A DNA stretch of 64,000 nt from positions 5,766,001 to 5,830,000 of the forward strand of contig OZ024746.1 of assembly GCA_964016885.1 (NCBI GenBank), written 5' to 3'. The notes under the pieces are model-generated. The model was not told the DNA's origin. It ran no database searches and saw only the letters and a list, made by a program, of their open reading frames with translations. This DNA is from Eledone cirrhosa (lineage: Eukaryota). Position 1 is the first letter of the stretch. The number at the start of each line of letters is the position of its first letter. Shown piece by piece: positions 23,826-37,822 of the stretch. A program made the translations under genes and the position numbers.

Positions 23826-24844
23826 GTAAAGTTACAATTTTTTACTTTTTTAAGAGAGAGGCAATTGAAAAGAAATTCTAATATAGTCTTTCAATGTTCA
23901 CGTCCTTCGCATGTCATCACTTAGAGTCATCAACAATTGACTTAGGATGAATTTAAATGATCTTTGTCTCCTATTCCATTCCTTTTACTCTGTTATTCTC
24001 TCTCTCTCGTTCATTCTCATATATCTTTTCATTATCATTTTATTATTAATAGAGTACAATATACTTTCAACTTTTAAATTACATTCCAATATTTCAAATA
24101 CATTTTACTATGTATTTTCTCATTACTTTTTATTTATATAACATCTATCAACTGATACTTGTTCTTTACACGTTCTATCTATATTTATCTATTTATTCCT
24201 CTCTAATATTCACCCTCGTTGCTTTCCTGCTTTACTCAGTCTTTCTGATTCTCACTTTTTTATCCTCCTCTTTTATACGCATTTAGTCTCTGTATGAAAG
24301 TTAAGTATTGTTTTCGTGTTGTGTGCAGTCAAATTGAATTATATTTCTGGACAGTTAATATTCGATGATCTACAAAGAATGAAACATGTTCTGACATGAA
24401 GATTCAGCAAATATTAACTTTGGTTATGATAGAATAACAAAAACATCATAGAAGCTTCAGATAGACTGAAGGAAATAAATAATAAAACTGCAATAATGAG
24501 GATTATATGAAGGAAATGTGAAGGAAATGAGTGAAATTATAAAAATGAACGCCATTGTCATAACAATTAAGATTTCGTGCATGTAGCTTTATGAGTAGTT
24601 GATGTGATATCGTGATAGTGTGGCTTTTCTAAAGGAATTAATGACGTACGTAATGGTAGTTATAATCAGAAGTTGTAAGAGGATCCTTGAAGTATGTGTG
24701 ATACTCTTAGCTTCAGAATATCTGCAATTGTAAGAAAAATAACACGATGATGATGATGACAATACACATAATGATGTGGTTGTGTTTAAGTTAATAGTTA
24801 TATAGGCATTAGAAGTAGGGGGAGGAGGAGGAGAAATAGATGAA

Positions 24845-24877
<33 letters not shown>

Positions 24878-25390
24878 GAAACATTGATTCTAATGTTAAC
24901 ATACAATCCAGAAAACCCGGGGGTGGCGCGATTAAATTGACGCCACAATTTGACTGATACTTTACTTCATTTAACCTTGAATGAGTGGAGAGCAAGGATG
25001 AGTTCGGCTGGATTTGTTGGAACATAGACTGCAAGACATTTCATCCCACGTTCTTTTAATTCTGTCAATAAAACTCACCGAAATCAGAGAATTCTAACAG
25101 AATCACCGAAACAAATTTGTAGGAGTATTGTAGGAGTATATGAATCTGATAGTATACAATATCCAGAATATTGGGGGAAATTAGACGACAACACTTCAGA
25201 AAAGTTATACTAATATTACAAATTGAATTCCATGTAAGACATAAGACAATAGATTTAAAGAGGAGCAATGGCAGTTGTTTTAACGTAATAAGCTGAAAGG
25301 TGGAGAGGAGATGGAGAAACGAAAACAAGAAAATACCTAGGCTAATTCGATGGGATACCTAACTCCAAACCACAGTGTGCAAGAGGTCTG

Positions 25391-25718
25391 CTATTTTATT
25401 GACTCTGTAAGGATGAAAGGCAAAACTATCCTCAGTGGGATTTGAACTCAGACCGTATAAGGACATAACTGAAAGCTGCGATGCATGGTGTCCGATGTTC
25501 TATCGATACTGCCATAACTGAGAAGTATAATAATTGTTTCTACTTTTGGCACAAGGCCAGTAATTACCCAGTGCATTACTGGTACTTTATTTTATCGACC
25601 CCGTAAGGATGAAAGGCAAAGTTTACCTCGGTGGGATTTGAACTCAGGCGATAAAGGACTGTAACTCTATGCTGCAAAGCATGGTGTCCAACTCTCTACC
25701 GATACTGCCAATCCACCA
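25391..25718 (-). mobile_element. Two tandem Nin-SINEs (25391-25515 partial, 25529-25718 full short form)
   Basis: Nin core and A/B boxes on the minus strand. Confidence 0.85.
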
Positions 25719-25799
25719 TGAAAGGTGAAGAAAACAAAGGATCCCTGTATATGAATATGAATAGAAGCCCACTACATACAGATAAGGAAAAAGTGGAAA

Positions 25800-26450
25800 C
25801 ATTTTTTTAAAAGGCGACAGCAAAAATTAAATCATATTTCCAAAATATATTGCAGTGCATGGAAATACACTGTGGCCCATCAACCCCCAAACTAAGATAT
25901 TCTAGGTCATAGTGAAATACACTGTGGCCCATCAACCCCCAAACTAAGATATTCTAGGTCATAGTGAAATACACTGCGGCCCATCAACCACAAAACTAAG
26001 ATATGCTAGGTCATAGTGAAATACAAGGCGACCAGTCAACCCCAAAAAAACGATATTCTAGGTCAGAGTGAAATACACTGCGACCAGTCAACCCCCAAAC
26101 TAAGATATGCTAGGTCAGAGTGAAATACACTGGGGCCAATCAACCCCAAAAGGGAGATATGCTAGGTTAAGATGAAATACAAAACCTTTCAAAAGATCTC
26201 AGCTAAATCAAAATAAGAATGACTGATTTTCACCAGTCTGGCGGCAGACATGGGGAAAATAATTACGAAACTAAAATAGTGAAAACAGATGCTAACATCA
26301 AGTGCAAACTATGCAATGAAATAATTGACCACATCATTTCCGGCTACCCAATCCTTGCCAAGTCTAAGTATATTCTAATACATTATCAAATCCACATTTG
26401 GCAATATGCCCAACCTTTGACATGAACGTTAAGTTGTGCTATAAACATGT
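25800..26450 (+). mobile_element. R4/Dong-like (RLE-type) non-LTR retrotransposon fragment
   Basis: NYETKIVKTDANIKCKLCNEIIDHIISGYPILAKSKYILIH is a decayed CCHC knuckle; upstream AVHG matches the PLHG motif. Confidence 0.7.
25862..26180. repeat. Minisatellite, ~52 bp x 6, inside the LINE fragment
   Basis: GAAATACACTGTGGCCCATCAACCCCCAAACTAAGATATTCTAGGTCATAGT. Confidence 0.92.
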
Positions 26451-26649
26451 AGGAGATTATATGACAACGACTTAGCTTCAATTATATGTTGTGACCACCT
26501 CTTTATAGTCCTTCATAAGATGCAGCAACCTTTAATAGGAAATACATTATTGTTTCTTTATAACTGTCTAAAAGACAGGCGTTCTGTCGACACTGAAGTA
26601 ACGGGACAGATGTCATTTCAACTTGAATTTAACATTATTAATTATATAA

Positions 26650-26826
26650 GGGTGGTGTATTAGCAGTAATCGTTAGAGCCTCGGTAGGCTTTGTAACATA
26701 TAGTTATGCCCTTTATGATCTGAGTTCAAATCCTGCCGAGGTTAGCTTTGCCTTTCGTCCTTACAGGGTCGTGATGCACTGGGTTCGATCTAATCGACTT
26801 TACTGTCTGCCAAAGTTGTTGATCTA
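26650..26826 (+). mobile_element. Nin-SINE, diverged
   Basis: GAGTTCAAATCC B box and GCCTTTCGTCCTTACAGGGTCG core. Confidence 0.8.
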
Positions 26827-27450
26827 GTGCCTGAATCAGAAACCATTGCGTTGTTGTTGTTGTTGTTGGTTGCATTGTTATTCTTGTGTTATTGTATCTA
26901 GAACTAAATGTATTAAGTTAGTAGGTACAAATGTGAAAGTCAGCATCAGCTTTAGTGGGTGTTGTTTCCATCAAACATTTTGTTTTTCAAATACAGACTA
27001 ATGATCCATCTAATCACTGTTGAAGAACTACCTACAATGTTACTAATTATATCTAATTAACATAAAACTGAAACAAAACGTGATGACTTTATATAAAACA
27101 CACCTTTCATTCTGTTTGATGTAAGGGACATTTTTGAAAGTGAATATAATAATAAGAATATTAATAATAATTTACTAAAAAATGATCTGTATTAATTAGA
27201 ATCATTAAAAAATGTTGATTTACAGTATTCAAAGAAGTCTTCATTTAAAGATATCACAGAAATAATTTCTTTTATATTAAAATATGTTTGAAGCTACACT
27301 GATTAGAAGAAATAGTGTAGCTATAATTAATACGGATCCTCATTTATACAAATGTACATCACAATCATACATAGAACCATAGAATGATGAGCAGTTCTCT
27401 GCAGTACACTGAAGTCACAGTTTTTGTATTGCCGTCTAATAATAATACAA

Positions 27451-27572
27451 ATTGTTTCTACTTTTATCATAAAGCCAGCAATTTAAAGGGAAGGGAAAGT
27501 TGATCAAATCGACCCCAGTCCATTACTGGTACTTTATTTTATCGACCTCGTAAGGATGAAAGGCAAAGTTAT
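27451..27572 (-). mobile_element. Nin-SINE 3' fragment
   Basis: Tail and Nin core. Confidence 0.8.
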
Positions 27573-29164
27573 CGTTGGAGATAATGTTGTTTTTGATGGC
27601 TACAGAAAAAACTGGCCACGGAGAGAATTTCATAGGGCTGATGTACTGTGTGGGAAAGTGTGGTAGATGGGTGGAAACAATGAGTAAAGAGAAGAGGAGA
27701 GAAGTGTGAGTTTGAAGAATTTGAGTGGTGAAGTGGTATGATATTTGTACTGTGAAGAGAGTCAGTTGTTGAGTATTTGCAATGTTAATATCACCAGCTG
27801 TTCAGTAATTGTGAAGTCTAGCATTCATAGAATGGGTAATGGTTCTTTTAATGTGTTTTTAATCTTTACAGGGTTGATTTTAAAGAAAGCAAGGCTCCTT
27901 TGAAAAGGTCTCTATTCATATAATATAGATGTCTACATTTCATATTGAGATGGCCTGAGTGTGGAGGCTAAGGAGATAATAAAATAAATATTTATAGAAG
28001 TGAGTGGTGATTCGATTCGTGTATAGGAGGTGTCAGCCTTTTCTGTATCATCCTCGAAATATCTATATTCCAATATTACTGTTCTTGTATAAAACTAGAT
28101 TTTAAAGATTTTATTTATTCTGGAGGAAACTAATTAAGAAAAGAATATGAAATGAAAGCTAACAGGTTCATGTTATATAATCGTATTACTAGATAATCAA
28201 TTACTATAATCAATAATATATCTTCATAGCTGCGTAATGTATAATGTATTGTCCCTTTATTGAACGAATGTTGTATAGCTTCATTTTATCAACCTCATGT
28301 ATATTCATATCCAATATTCAATTAATATAATTCATATTTACTGCTAAAGTCAATTGCTTCACATATTAGGTGACTACTTTTCGAAGTTGGCCTTTTAATT
28401 ATACACAAGCAAATTTCAGATTTATTCTACAATTCATCTAAACCCATGATTCTCAATGTAAGGTTCACGCCCTTTAGGAGGGTGGTAACTTCTCTAAATA
28501 CTAGATTTCTTCAAAATATTACATGTATATCCTTTCAACACCAAACATGTTTTTATATTTGGGTGGGGAAAACATAAATATTTTTGATGTTTCGTGGAAC
28601 CACTTATGTTAACTCTCTTAATTTAATGTAACGGTAATGGATGATGGACTTCAACTCAGTTAATAGTTTCAGTGCTGGTTAGAAAAGGAAAGGATTTTGA
28701 TAGATTTAAAAGAAAAAATCACATTGAACGTATTTTGTTGTCTACGAAAATCAATGAAAGAGAGTTTTTTCTGATACTTAATATGAATTCAATTCAACTC
28801 ATGTTTTTATCAATCCCAAACTCCCATTTTGTCCTCAGAGTAAGCAATATTAGGTTTTTATAAATTGAACTACAATATTCTTTCCAGAATCTAATGTGAT
28901 TACATATAGTGTATTCTATAATGAAAGCATATATATATATAATAGATTGAAATAGTTGACGTTAGATGATTACCTATCCAGATATTATTGTTGGCCAACA
29001 TAAATACTTAATTAACAATGGTGAAAAACAATTGTTATCATAGTTTCCGTTGGTATATCTCATAATCTAACAACATGAACATCATACAAAAATGAAATGT
29101 TACAAGTCTGACATCTGACAGATACAAGACATCATGACTATAGGAAATAACCACATAATATAAT

Positions 29165-29517
29165 GATAGTTTCTGATTTAGGCCAGACCAACAATTTTTA
29201 AGGGAGGGAAAGTCGATTAAAGAACCCGTGTATTACTGGTACTTTATTTTACCAATGACGTAAGGATGAAAGGCAAAGCTAACCTCAGCAGCATTTGTAT
29301 TCAGAACGAAATGGGTCGTATCTCTACCCACAAAGCAGGATTTGTATTCAGAACGAAATGGGTCGTATCTCTAACCCACAAAGCAGGATTTGTATTCAGA
29401 ACGAAATGGGTCGTATCTCTAACCCACAAAGCAGGATTTGTATTCAGAACGAAATGGGTCGTATCTCTAACCCACGAAGCAGGATTTCCGACACTCTACT
29501 TATTCTGCCAATCCACT
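29165..29517 (-). mobile_element. Nin-SINE with internal 48-bp x4 tandem expansion
   Basis: GCAGGATTTGTATTCAGAACGAAATGGGTCGTATCTCTAACCCACAAA repeated at ~29288-29487. Confidence 0.85.
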
Positions 29518-29646
29518 ACTCTAATAATTATTGAAATATCTTTATTACATACGGACTGCTAACTGAATGACCTAAACAGCAGTTTCATTGTAATCTGATT
29601 CTTTCAACTATCTAATTTTTCTTTCTTCTTTTCTGTCTCTTTTTAG

Positions 29647-30140
29647 GTGTATGCCTTACAATATTCCTGGTCATCAGTACAGCTACTGTGTGGATATCAG
29701 CCATCCAGCTGCGCATCATGCATTCGAAATCATCATTTACAAGTAGCTTCAGTAAGTCTGGTCTGAGTACAAGCAGTTTCAACGACGAAACCAGTCTAAC
29801 AGTGCCATTAGACGCTACACTTAGTACTGGAGCCAGTTGCTCAGGGACCGCAGGCACCAGTGCAGACAAGCTCGAGAGCTATGTCATGGTAGACTACCTT
29901 CGACATCAACAAAGTAGTTCGGGTGAAGAAGGCTGCGCTGGTGGAATTCCTCCTGCTGGTATGGAGAATTTCATTAATGCTATTGTCTCGCAACGTGAAC
30001 AGAAGAAATTCCAGCATCGAAGATTAGAAGGGAAGCGTCGTAAGTTTTTCCTGTCCAAAAATCTTGGATGTTGGTTTTCCCTCATTGCTACTCTGCTGAC
30101 TATACTGACGGCACTTGCTCCCCTCTTTGTCATCACATAA
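29647..30140 (+). CDS. Terminal coding exon of a membrane protein, probably a divergent Cys-loop ligand-gated ion channel (nAChR-like): M3, cytoplasmic loop, M4
   Basis: Strong polypyrimidine acceptor at 29645-46, phase 1; VCLTIFLVISTATVWISAIQLRIMH (M3-like), Ser-rich loop, amphipathic/basic helix, GCWFSLIATLLTILTALAPLFVIT* (M4-like); raised GC; AATAAA ~130 bp after stop. Exon status is more certain than the family. Confidence 0.7.
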
Positions 30141-30975
30141 AAAAAACATGATTCATCAGCTTGATGTGCCGACATTGGTGACACAAATGTGAAAGAAACA
30201 TTAACAGCAATAACACTATAATTATGAGAAGACAATATTTAATGGAAAAAAACATATTTCACAACTATTAATAAAATAAGATAAATTCCATGATTTGCTT
30301 TATAAAAAAAAAGAGATAGTGAAAAACTTTTGAAAAGAATAAAAACATTTGAAATATAAAAATGGTAGAATATTGAACTGCCTAAATACACAAAGGGAAA
30401 AATATAACCCGAGAAAGAGACTAAGTTTAAGAATGCCTTCATTGAAATAAACTACAACTTTTGAAAGGACCGTTATAAATAAATCCCTTTGTATAATAAG
30501 AACAAAACGAAAATCAATGTGAACAATAGGAATGAGAAGCAATTCATAGAAGGGTTTAGAGTCATAATTTTATTATAGTCTGTCAGAATTGGAGTCCTAG
30601 CGATTCATGAAATGGTTTACAAGTAAAACATATTTTCACGTATTCAATTCTATAATTTCCCATATTTAAAACCACGAAGTTCAATGTCTGGTTTAAAATA
30701 TAAAAAAGGTAATTTGGTTTTTGGTTTCTATTTACATCTCTCAAATATATTTCCAAACAATACGTGAAAAATATTATACAACATTGATTTCATAAAACAA
30801 AAGACAATATTCTCACCTTGGAAACAGGGCAAGTTTATTGAAACATAACTACAAATACACAAGACAGACACACAAACATATACACACATGTATATATGTA
30901 TACATACACACATATATGAACATATATATATATGTATATAAGTATGTATGTATATATGTATAGATATAGATATAA

Positions 30976-31094
<119 letters not shown>

Positions 31095-31441
31095 GTATGT
31101 ATGTATGTATGTATGTATGTATATGTATGTATGTATATATATGTATGTATGTATATAAATATGTGTGTGTATTTATGTATGTATGTATGTATGTATGTAT
31201 GTATGTATGTATGTATGTATGTATGTATGTATCTATGTATGTATGTATGTATGTATGTATATATGTACGGAAGGATATGTATATGCGTTTGTGTGTGATT
31301 GTGGGTGAGTGTGGCCCTCAATTCATACTCATTTGTGTGAAACACAAATATACAATAGGCAGACTATGGAGTATATAGTGTCTCAGTTTATTAGTAAATT
31401 GTAAACGTTTCTTTATTCAGGTATACTTCAAACGTATAAAA

Positions 31442-31478
<37 letters not shown>

Positions 31479-31482
<4 letters not shown>

Positions 31483-31665
31483 GAGTTAAATCGGAGGGGG
31501 GGGGGTAACGACAGTAATTACGGTACTCAATACATTAATAAAGTGAAAATATCAATATCTAATATAGGGATGACTTCTACAGGACTAAAATTGTTGTATT
31601 TGTATGGATGGTGATTTCATACAAATGACAAAGTTCTAGTCCTGTAGGAGCCATTTCTATAGTTA
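31479..31665 (-). mobile_element. Family B fold-back element, degenerate
   Basis: TTCTACAGGACTA...TAGTCCTGTAG palindrome centred ~31612 plus family B tail. Confidence 0.7.
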
Positions 31666-31765
31666 TATATATGAGCTGTTACTAGTCATGACACTAGTTA
31701 TTCGTACCTAAGGAATCGATGTATAGATATCGAAACGGTTTATATATAAATATGTGTGTGTGTGT

Positions 31766-31980
31766 ATTGTTATACTTTGGGAGGGTGATGCTGCTAATTA
31801 AACACACGCACCTGTTGGTTTTCACTTCAATTTACTATAAACTCCCAGTGGGTTAGTTTAATAACCTGTTGGTTGCTTAGCTGTTATTGTCAAACGTCTT
31901 TCGTCACACATTCTGTAACTTCCTCTGTGTCTACCTTTGTTGTTATTTTGAGTCTCTCCTTTGTTCTACCCTACACCCTC
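31766..31980. repeat. Unclassified dispersed repeat (related copy ~35971-36130)
   Basis: Both start ATTGTTATACTTTGGGAG...ATGCTGC...TTTTCACTTCAAT. Confidence 0.6.
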
Positions 31981-31981
31981 T

Positions 31982-32073
<92 letters not shown>

Positions 32074-32939
32074 GCGCGGGGGGGGGTATGTATGCATATT
32101 CATATACACTTATAAACCTAGATTATAAATATATATATGCATATGTATATATGTATATATAAATATATATATATGCATATGTATATATGTTTATGTATAT
32201 ATTCGTGTGTGTAATTATATGTGTATGCGGGTGCCAGTTTGTGTGGAGAGGCAGCCTAAAGATTTAAGTGTGAGCTTAATTCTCTAAAACCAACGGATAA
32301 ATTAATAACAGTTGTCACACTTCATAACATTTTCCGTGTATAAACCGATCTGAGGATGTTTTATGTAGTGCAAGCAACACCACGTCTTTTGTAATGTCGC
32401 TCTTATACACGTTTTATTTTTATCTTGTTATGCCATCAATGTGTCTTTGAAAAGAAACATTTACTCGTGTACAATTAAAAGCACTGTTAAAGAAATAGTT
32501 AAGTTACTTAACCAGCGGCTGCGAATGCAATGCAGTGAGCGTGCAGGTTGCTTCAACCAATTGTGTTGGCTTATATAGGAATATAAGCTAGACCTGGTGC
32601 AATCATTAACGCTTGCTTGTCGTGTTATGCGAATCTATAGAATACGAAACGAGTTTTCCCTATCAGACCATACAGGGCTAGAATGTAGGGGCTGATTAGG
32701 TTTTATACGTATCAGTGCATAGGTCATGAAATTTAAAAGTTTGACAAAACAGATCGATAATATAAGGAACAGGCTTGTATAAAAATAAATACTGGAAACG
32801 ATGTGATCGACTAAAAAGGCAGATAACAGAACCACTCAAAATAGTACAGACATTCGTAAATATAGACTTGTTTCAGATCATATTTATAAGTAGAACGTTT
32901 TGTATATAGACTGACCCTTTCAAATTTAGGTTAGTTAAT

Positions 32940-33026
<87 letters not shown>

Positions 33027-33042
33027 ATATATATATATATAT

Positions 33043-33186
33043 AACGAAGAAGGTGTGGTAAGGCACCAGATGGACCATAACGCTCCAGAGTACTCAATAC
33101 TTAGGGCAATAGGAAAAAGTTTAACCCCGACGGCAGAGCTCAAGCCGTTTCGACGGCTTGAGCTCTGTCGTTGGGTTTAAACTTTA
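33043..33186 (-). mobile_element. Family A fold-back element, copy 4 (helix II collapsed)
   Basis: GAGCTCAAGCCGT-ttcg-ACGGCTTGAGCTC axis ~33150; family A tail; in (TA)n. Confidence 0.75.
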
Positions 33187-34369
33187 TATATATATATATA
33201 TATTAAAAATGATGTGAGCCAAGGCTATCACATTAAATCCAGTGTTTTAGTATCTACGCTCGTTTATATAGAGGTGATAATGGAACATGAACATGAATAT
33301 GTAAAAAAAAGTCAAACAGAAACAGTTAATTAACAATTATTTACACAAAACACAATACATATAACACCCACGTATCATCAGGAATTATTAAAGGGAGAGA
33401 ATTTAACCAAATACAAGTTTCAAGAATAGAAGCTGTATCAAATGTTGGACATGAGTAATCACATGAAGAAAGAGGTAAGCGAGAACTTAGCGTCATTGAG
33501 CTTTTCTCACCTTATCAAAAGTAATAGAAAACTCCATTATAATTACTTAAACACAGATATGGGAATTAATAAATGCTGTAACGATGTCTCTAGACGGTCG
33601 AATTAATTTCATATCTCATGGGTTCCTGTATATCACAACTTACCATCATACCTGAAAGTAAAGTATGTGACGTAGTATAGCTTATACATGTACTCAGGCC
33701 ATATTTAATCAAATACTTTATCTGTTATTATACATTCTAAATGCTTCACTCATAATTCCCGAAATGTTTCGTGCTATCAGAAGCTTTACTTCAATGGCTC
33801 CATTAACATTTTTAAAGAAGTGTAATCTGGTTTTATCCAACTTATTATATGTGGAAATTAATTCAAATGATCTAAAATATTCTGTGGAGACGAAATTGGA
33901 TTATACGGTACCCATGAAATGTCGTTATACCATATTAAATATAACTTTTAAAAGAAAATAGTTATTTCTGAGCGATAATTTATTTATCTCGAGTATTTAA
34001 GTATAATTTCACATAATTTAATAATTGTTAAGGACGGAAAACTGTTATTTCGTTTAGATTGGAAGGAAATTATATATATATATTTGCTAGTTTTTAAACG
34101 CTGTATTATTTGGAACCTTACAAATATTTCTTAGGATCTTAATAACATAATTTCGAAGTAATTATAATAATGTTTCATTATTATTCAGTGATTTCAAAAG
34201 GTTTTGGAGATTACACTAAAATAGTGAATTTGGTCATACTGGAGCACCGACATTTAGGTTTTGGAATGGAATCTGCTATACAGTTCCTAATAGTATATAA
34301 TGAACAGTGTTTCAATGTTATATGGTGATTGTTGATGGCACGCGTGTATCATTACCTATACTGCGATTC

Positions 34370-34855
34370 TGGGGTTTTTTTTCTCTCTCTCTCTCTTACG
34401 GCTCCCTCATTCTCTCTGTTTCTCCTACTTTCTTTCGCCCCCTCTGTCGTGTCAGTTAACTCTTCCTCACACTTCCACTCACTCACTCACTGTTTCTCCT
34501 CTCCTCACTTCACCCGTTCGTAACGAAAGCAATTTCTCTCTCTCTTACATTGCATTCGTTTGCGAAAGGTCTGGTTTCTAAGCGCTCATATATTCACCTA
34601 GCTTATACTAACAGAATAACTATGAAGCTTGTTTCCTTCCTCTACGGTTAGCTCTACTCTTTGTTGTTTTCCTGTCTCACTCGCTTTACGCGTTTTAATT
34701 GTCCTAATAACTTAATTTAGTTATTATTGCACCGACGTGAGGTATATGATTTTTAATGCAATGAAATATCTATGATCGTCGGCAAATCACTGATGAGGGA
34801 CTTATTTTATTACATGTTATCCATGTGCTACCAGCAGTATTTTTCTCCCCATTTT

Positions 34856-34858
<3 letters not shown>
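34370..34858 (+). mobile_element. Family G element, diverged copy
   Basis: Collinear with the reverse complement of 17281-17790; ends in (TA)n. Confidence 0.7.
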
Positions 34859-34920
<62 letters not shown>

Positions 34921-35764
34921 ACTTTAGACCAAGGCACTCCTGTAACAAAGATAACTTATATATAAGTATGGTAAGAGTCGTGTAATACGGGGTCAATATA
35001 CTTGTCAGGCCACCGCGGGACAGTATATGTGAGTGGTGGTGATCGGCAACTGGTATCTCAACCTACTTCTGGATTCATATTTTCATTCATCTTTCTGACA
35101 ATAAAGAACTCTCAGATATGGGAGCCTGCTGATTTAACAGATTTTATCAACATCAAACAAAACCCCTTTCAGTTTGAAGGAACTTATGAGTGGATGATTT
35201 GTATATATTTCTAAACATTACTTTTATTGTGTACTTCTAAATCTATGCATGACTTTGAAAGAATTAACTTTCCCTTAAATTCAATAATTGTTGATGAGTT
35301 GTGATACCTATAGTTACCGACATCAATGTCTACAGAAAACAGGATTTCCCAACAATATAAAATTCTTTAACTAGAGCCTTCACCCTGTGCTTGAAATTGA
35401 GATACGTGACGGGGGAAAAAGACCCTTGTTATAAATACTTTACAGAATTACAAAATTTAGCAGGATTCGACTAATCATCTATGATTTAGATTGAACAATA
35501 AATAAATATATTTCTTCAGCAAAGAAAAAAGACTGAATCATTCTATAATACGTAACAGTGATAGCAGCAATAGAAAAAATATACCATGCAAAAGAAAATT
35601 GTTGTATTAAATTCAGAAAACCTTAGACTTCAGTTTGAATGAGAAATTAAAATATTCAATGATATTAGTCCCTATGTCCATATCAAAAAGGGTATTTGAT
35701 ATTCCAGGGCGCATCAGCAGTTACTACATTTCAAAAGTTTCAAGGAACGAACATTTAATAGTTA

Positions 35765-35848
<84 letters not shown>

Positions 35849-36778
35849 AACTCTCCCTCTCTCTCTCTCTCTCTCTCTGTAGTACACACACACACACATA
35901 TATTTGTGTATAATTCGTTTTCGTATTTGTTTTGTAAGATTTTGTATCTGAAAATATGTGTTGAATCAGATATTGTTATACTTTGGGAGTACCATGCTGC
36001 CAATAAAATCACATCCACATGTTCGTTTTACTTCAATGTATTATACATTTCCAGTTGGTTGGTCTATTAATTGGTTAATAGACACTTTTGTTATTTTACG
36101 TCTCTCCATTGTTCTGTCCTACACCATCTTAGTTTTGTGAGCTCTATAATGTGAACATGGGCTGGCAATGCGTTATATCCGTCTGTGTATGTGTGGGTTC
36201 TATTAATTTATTCATACGTTTACTTGTCACAAGTTGGTAGCTTGTTTTATATGAGTCGCTCTGGTTTGTTTTATTAGTTAGGTTCTTATATGTCTCTATA
36301 TGTATTTATCTTGTCCTTACTTACTAGATGTGATGTTATTGCTACTACCCTCATGTTTTCTGATTAGCTTTGCCCGGAGTTCGTTATGTCTGTCGCATCT
36401 GTATTCTGTGTATGAATATGATTTTCGTCTTTTTTTCTCGTATGCTCCCCCATGTTCCATTCTAGTAAGTTGGTGTTGGACTGATCTGTTTTTCCCATCT
36501 GGGAGTTCTCACCAGTAATCATATTTTCTTTCTCCTATGCTACGGGCCGTCTCCCTCAAACTTAGAACACAATAACCCACTCAAATAAAGACATCTTATT
36601 GATGGTAGCATAACCAGAAAATGGGAGGATTATCTCGAAATTGTTGGTGTAATGATATAACGATTAGGTGGGCGTTAAATAGAATAGAGAGATTGACCGT
36701 ATTCAGCCGACCTCAGTTATCAAGGCCCTATCATTCCTTCTTACTCTCTCTCACTCTTATATATATATATATATAAAT

Positions 36779-36982
36779 AACGAAGGAAGTGTGGTAAGGA
36801 ACCAGGTAGACCATAATGCACCAGAGTACTCGATACTTTGGGTAGTAGAGTGGGTAATAGGAAAAGATTCAGGACCCCGACGGCAGAGCTCAAGCCGTTT
36901 CGACGTGTATTTCTGGATGGATAAAGTCCAGAAATAGCCGTCGAAATGGCTTGAACTCTGCTGTCGTGGTCCTGAAACTTTT

Positions 36983-36986
<4 letters not shown>
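36779..36986 (-). mobile_element. Family A fold-back element, copy 5
   Basis: Palindrome centred ~36921 (TTCTGGA-tggataaag-TCCAGAA); in (TA)n. Confidence 0.78.
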
Positions 36987-37044
<58 letters not shown>

Positions 37045-37410
37045 GATAATTGCGAAATGCAGATATAGATATTCATAATTCCTTTATTCATAAGTTACAG
37101 TAATACATATTTGTGTATCTTTATTAATGACGTAATTCTGCCCCTACGCAGCAATCAACACGAGTTCATTGGACAGCATCTTAAGTAATTAAGATGTTAT
37201 TTAATATGTCTAATGCAACAAAGTTTATCGATATGGAGAAAGTCGAATCCGTTGTTGGTCTTATGGTGGTCCGTTCCTCCGTATACTCCGTCATGGACTA
37301 CCAAATTGTATTTTGAAGATTACATATGATGTTGAATGCTTGAACCTAATTATTCCCTGACTGACTGTTGTTTACGCCACCCTAGTTTGTCAACATCCTA
37401 TAACACACAA

Positions 37411-37580
<170 letters not shown>

Positions 37581-37681
37581 TATATATAGATATATATATA
37601 TATAGATATATATATGTATATATATATATTATTCAAAATATTAATAAATGAAGACATTCACATAATCAAAATATATGTTTT

Positions 37682-37740
37682 ATTTTATATATTTCGAAGG
37701 TACTGTGCTGTTTTTTCAGTACGTCCTCGTCAGATAAAAT
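37682..37740 (-). ncRNA. Degenerate minimal hammerhead (family J) in (TA)n
   Basis: Reverse complement ATTTTAT-CTGACGA-GGAcGTACTG...CAGTACcTTC-GAAA-tat-ATAAAAT; helix III too short, possibly TA slippage. Confidence 0.55.
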
Positions 37741-37756
37741 ACATGAATTGATGTAT

Positions 37757-37822
<66 letters not shown>

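Noticed and set aside
26461-26570. QQPLIGNTLLFL resembling the nAChR M2-M3 linker
   Set aside because: No splice donor after PLI and no M2-like sequence; probably chance
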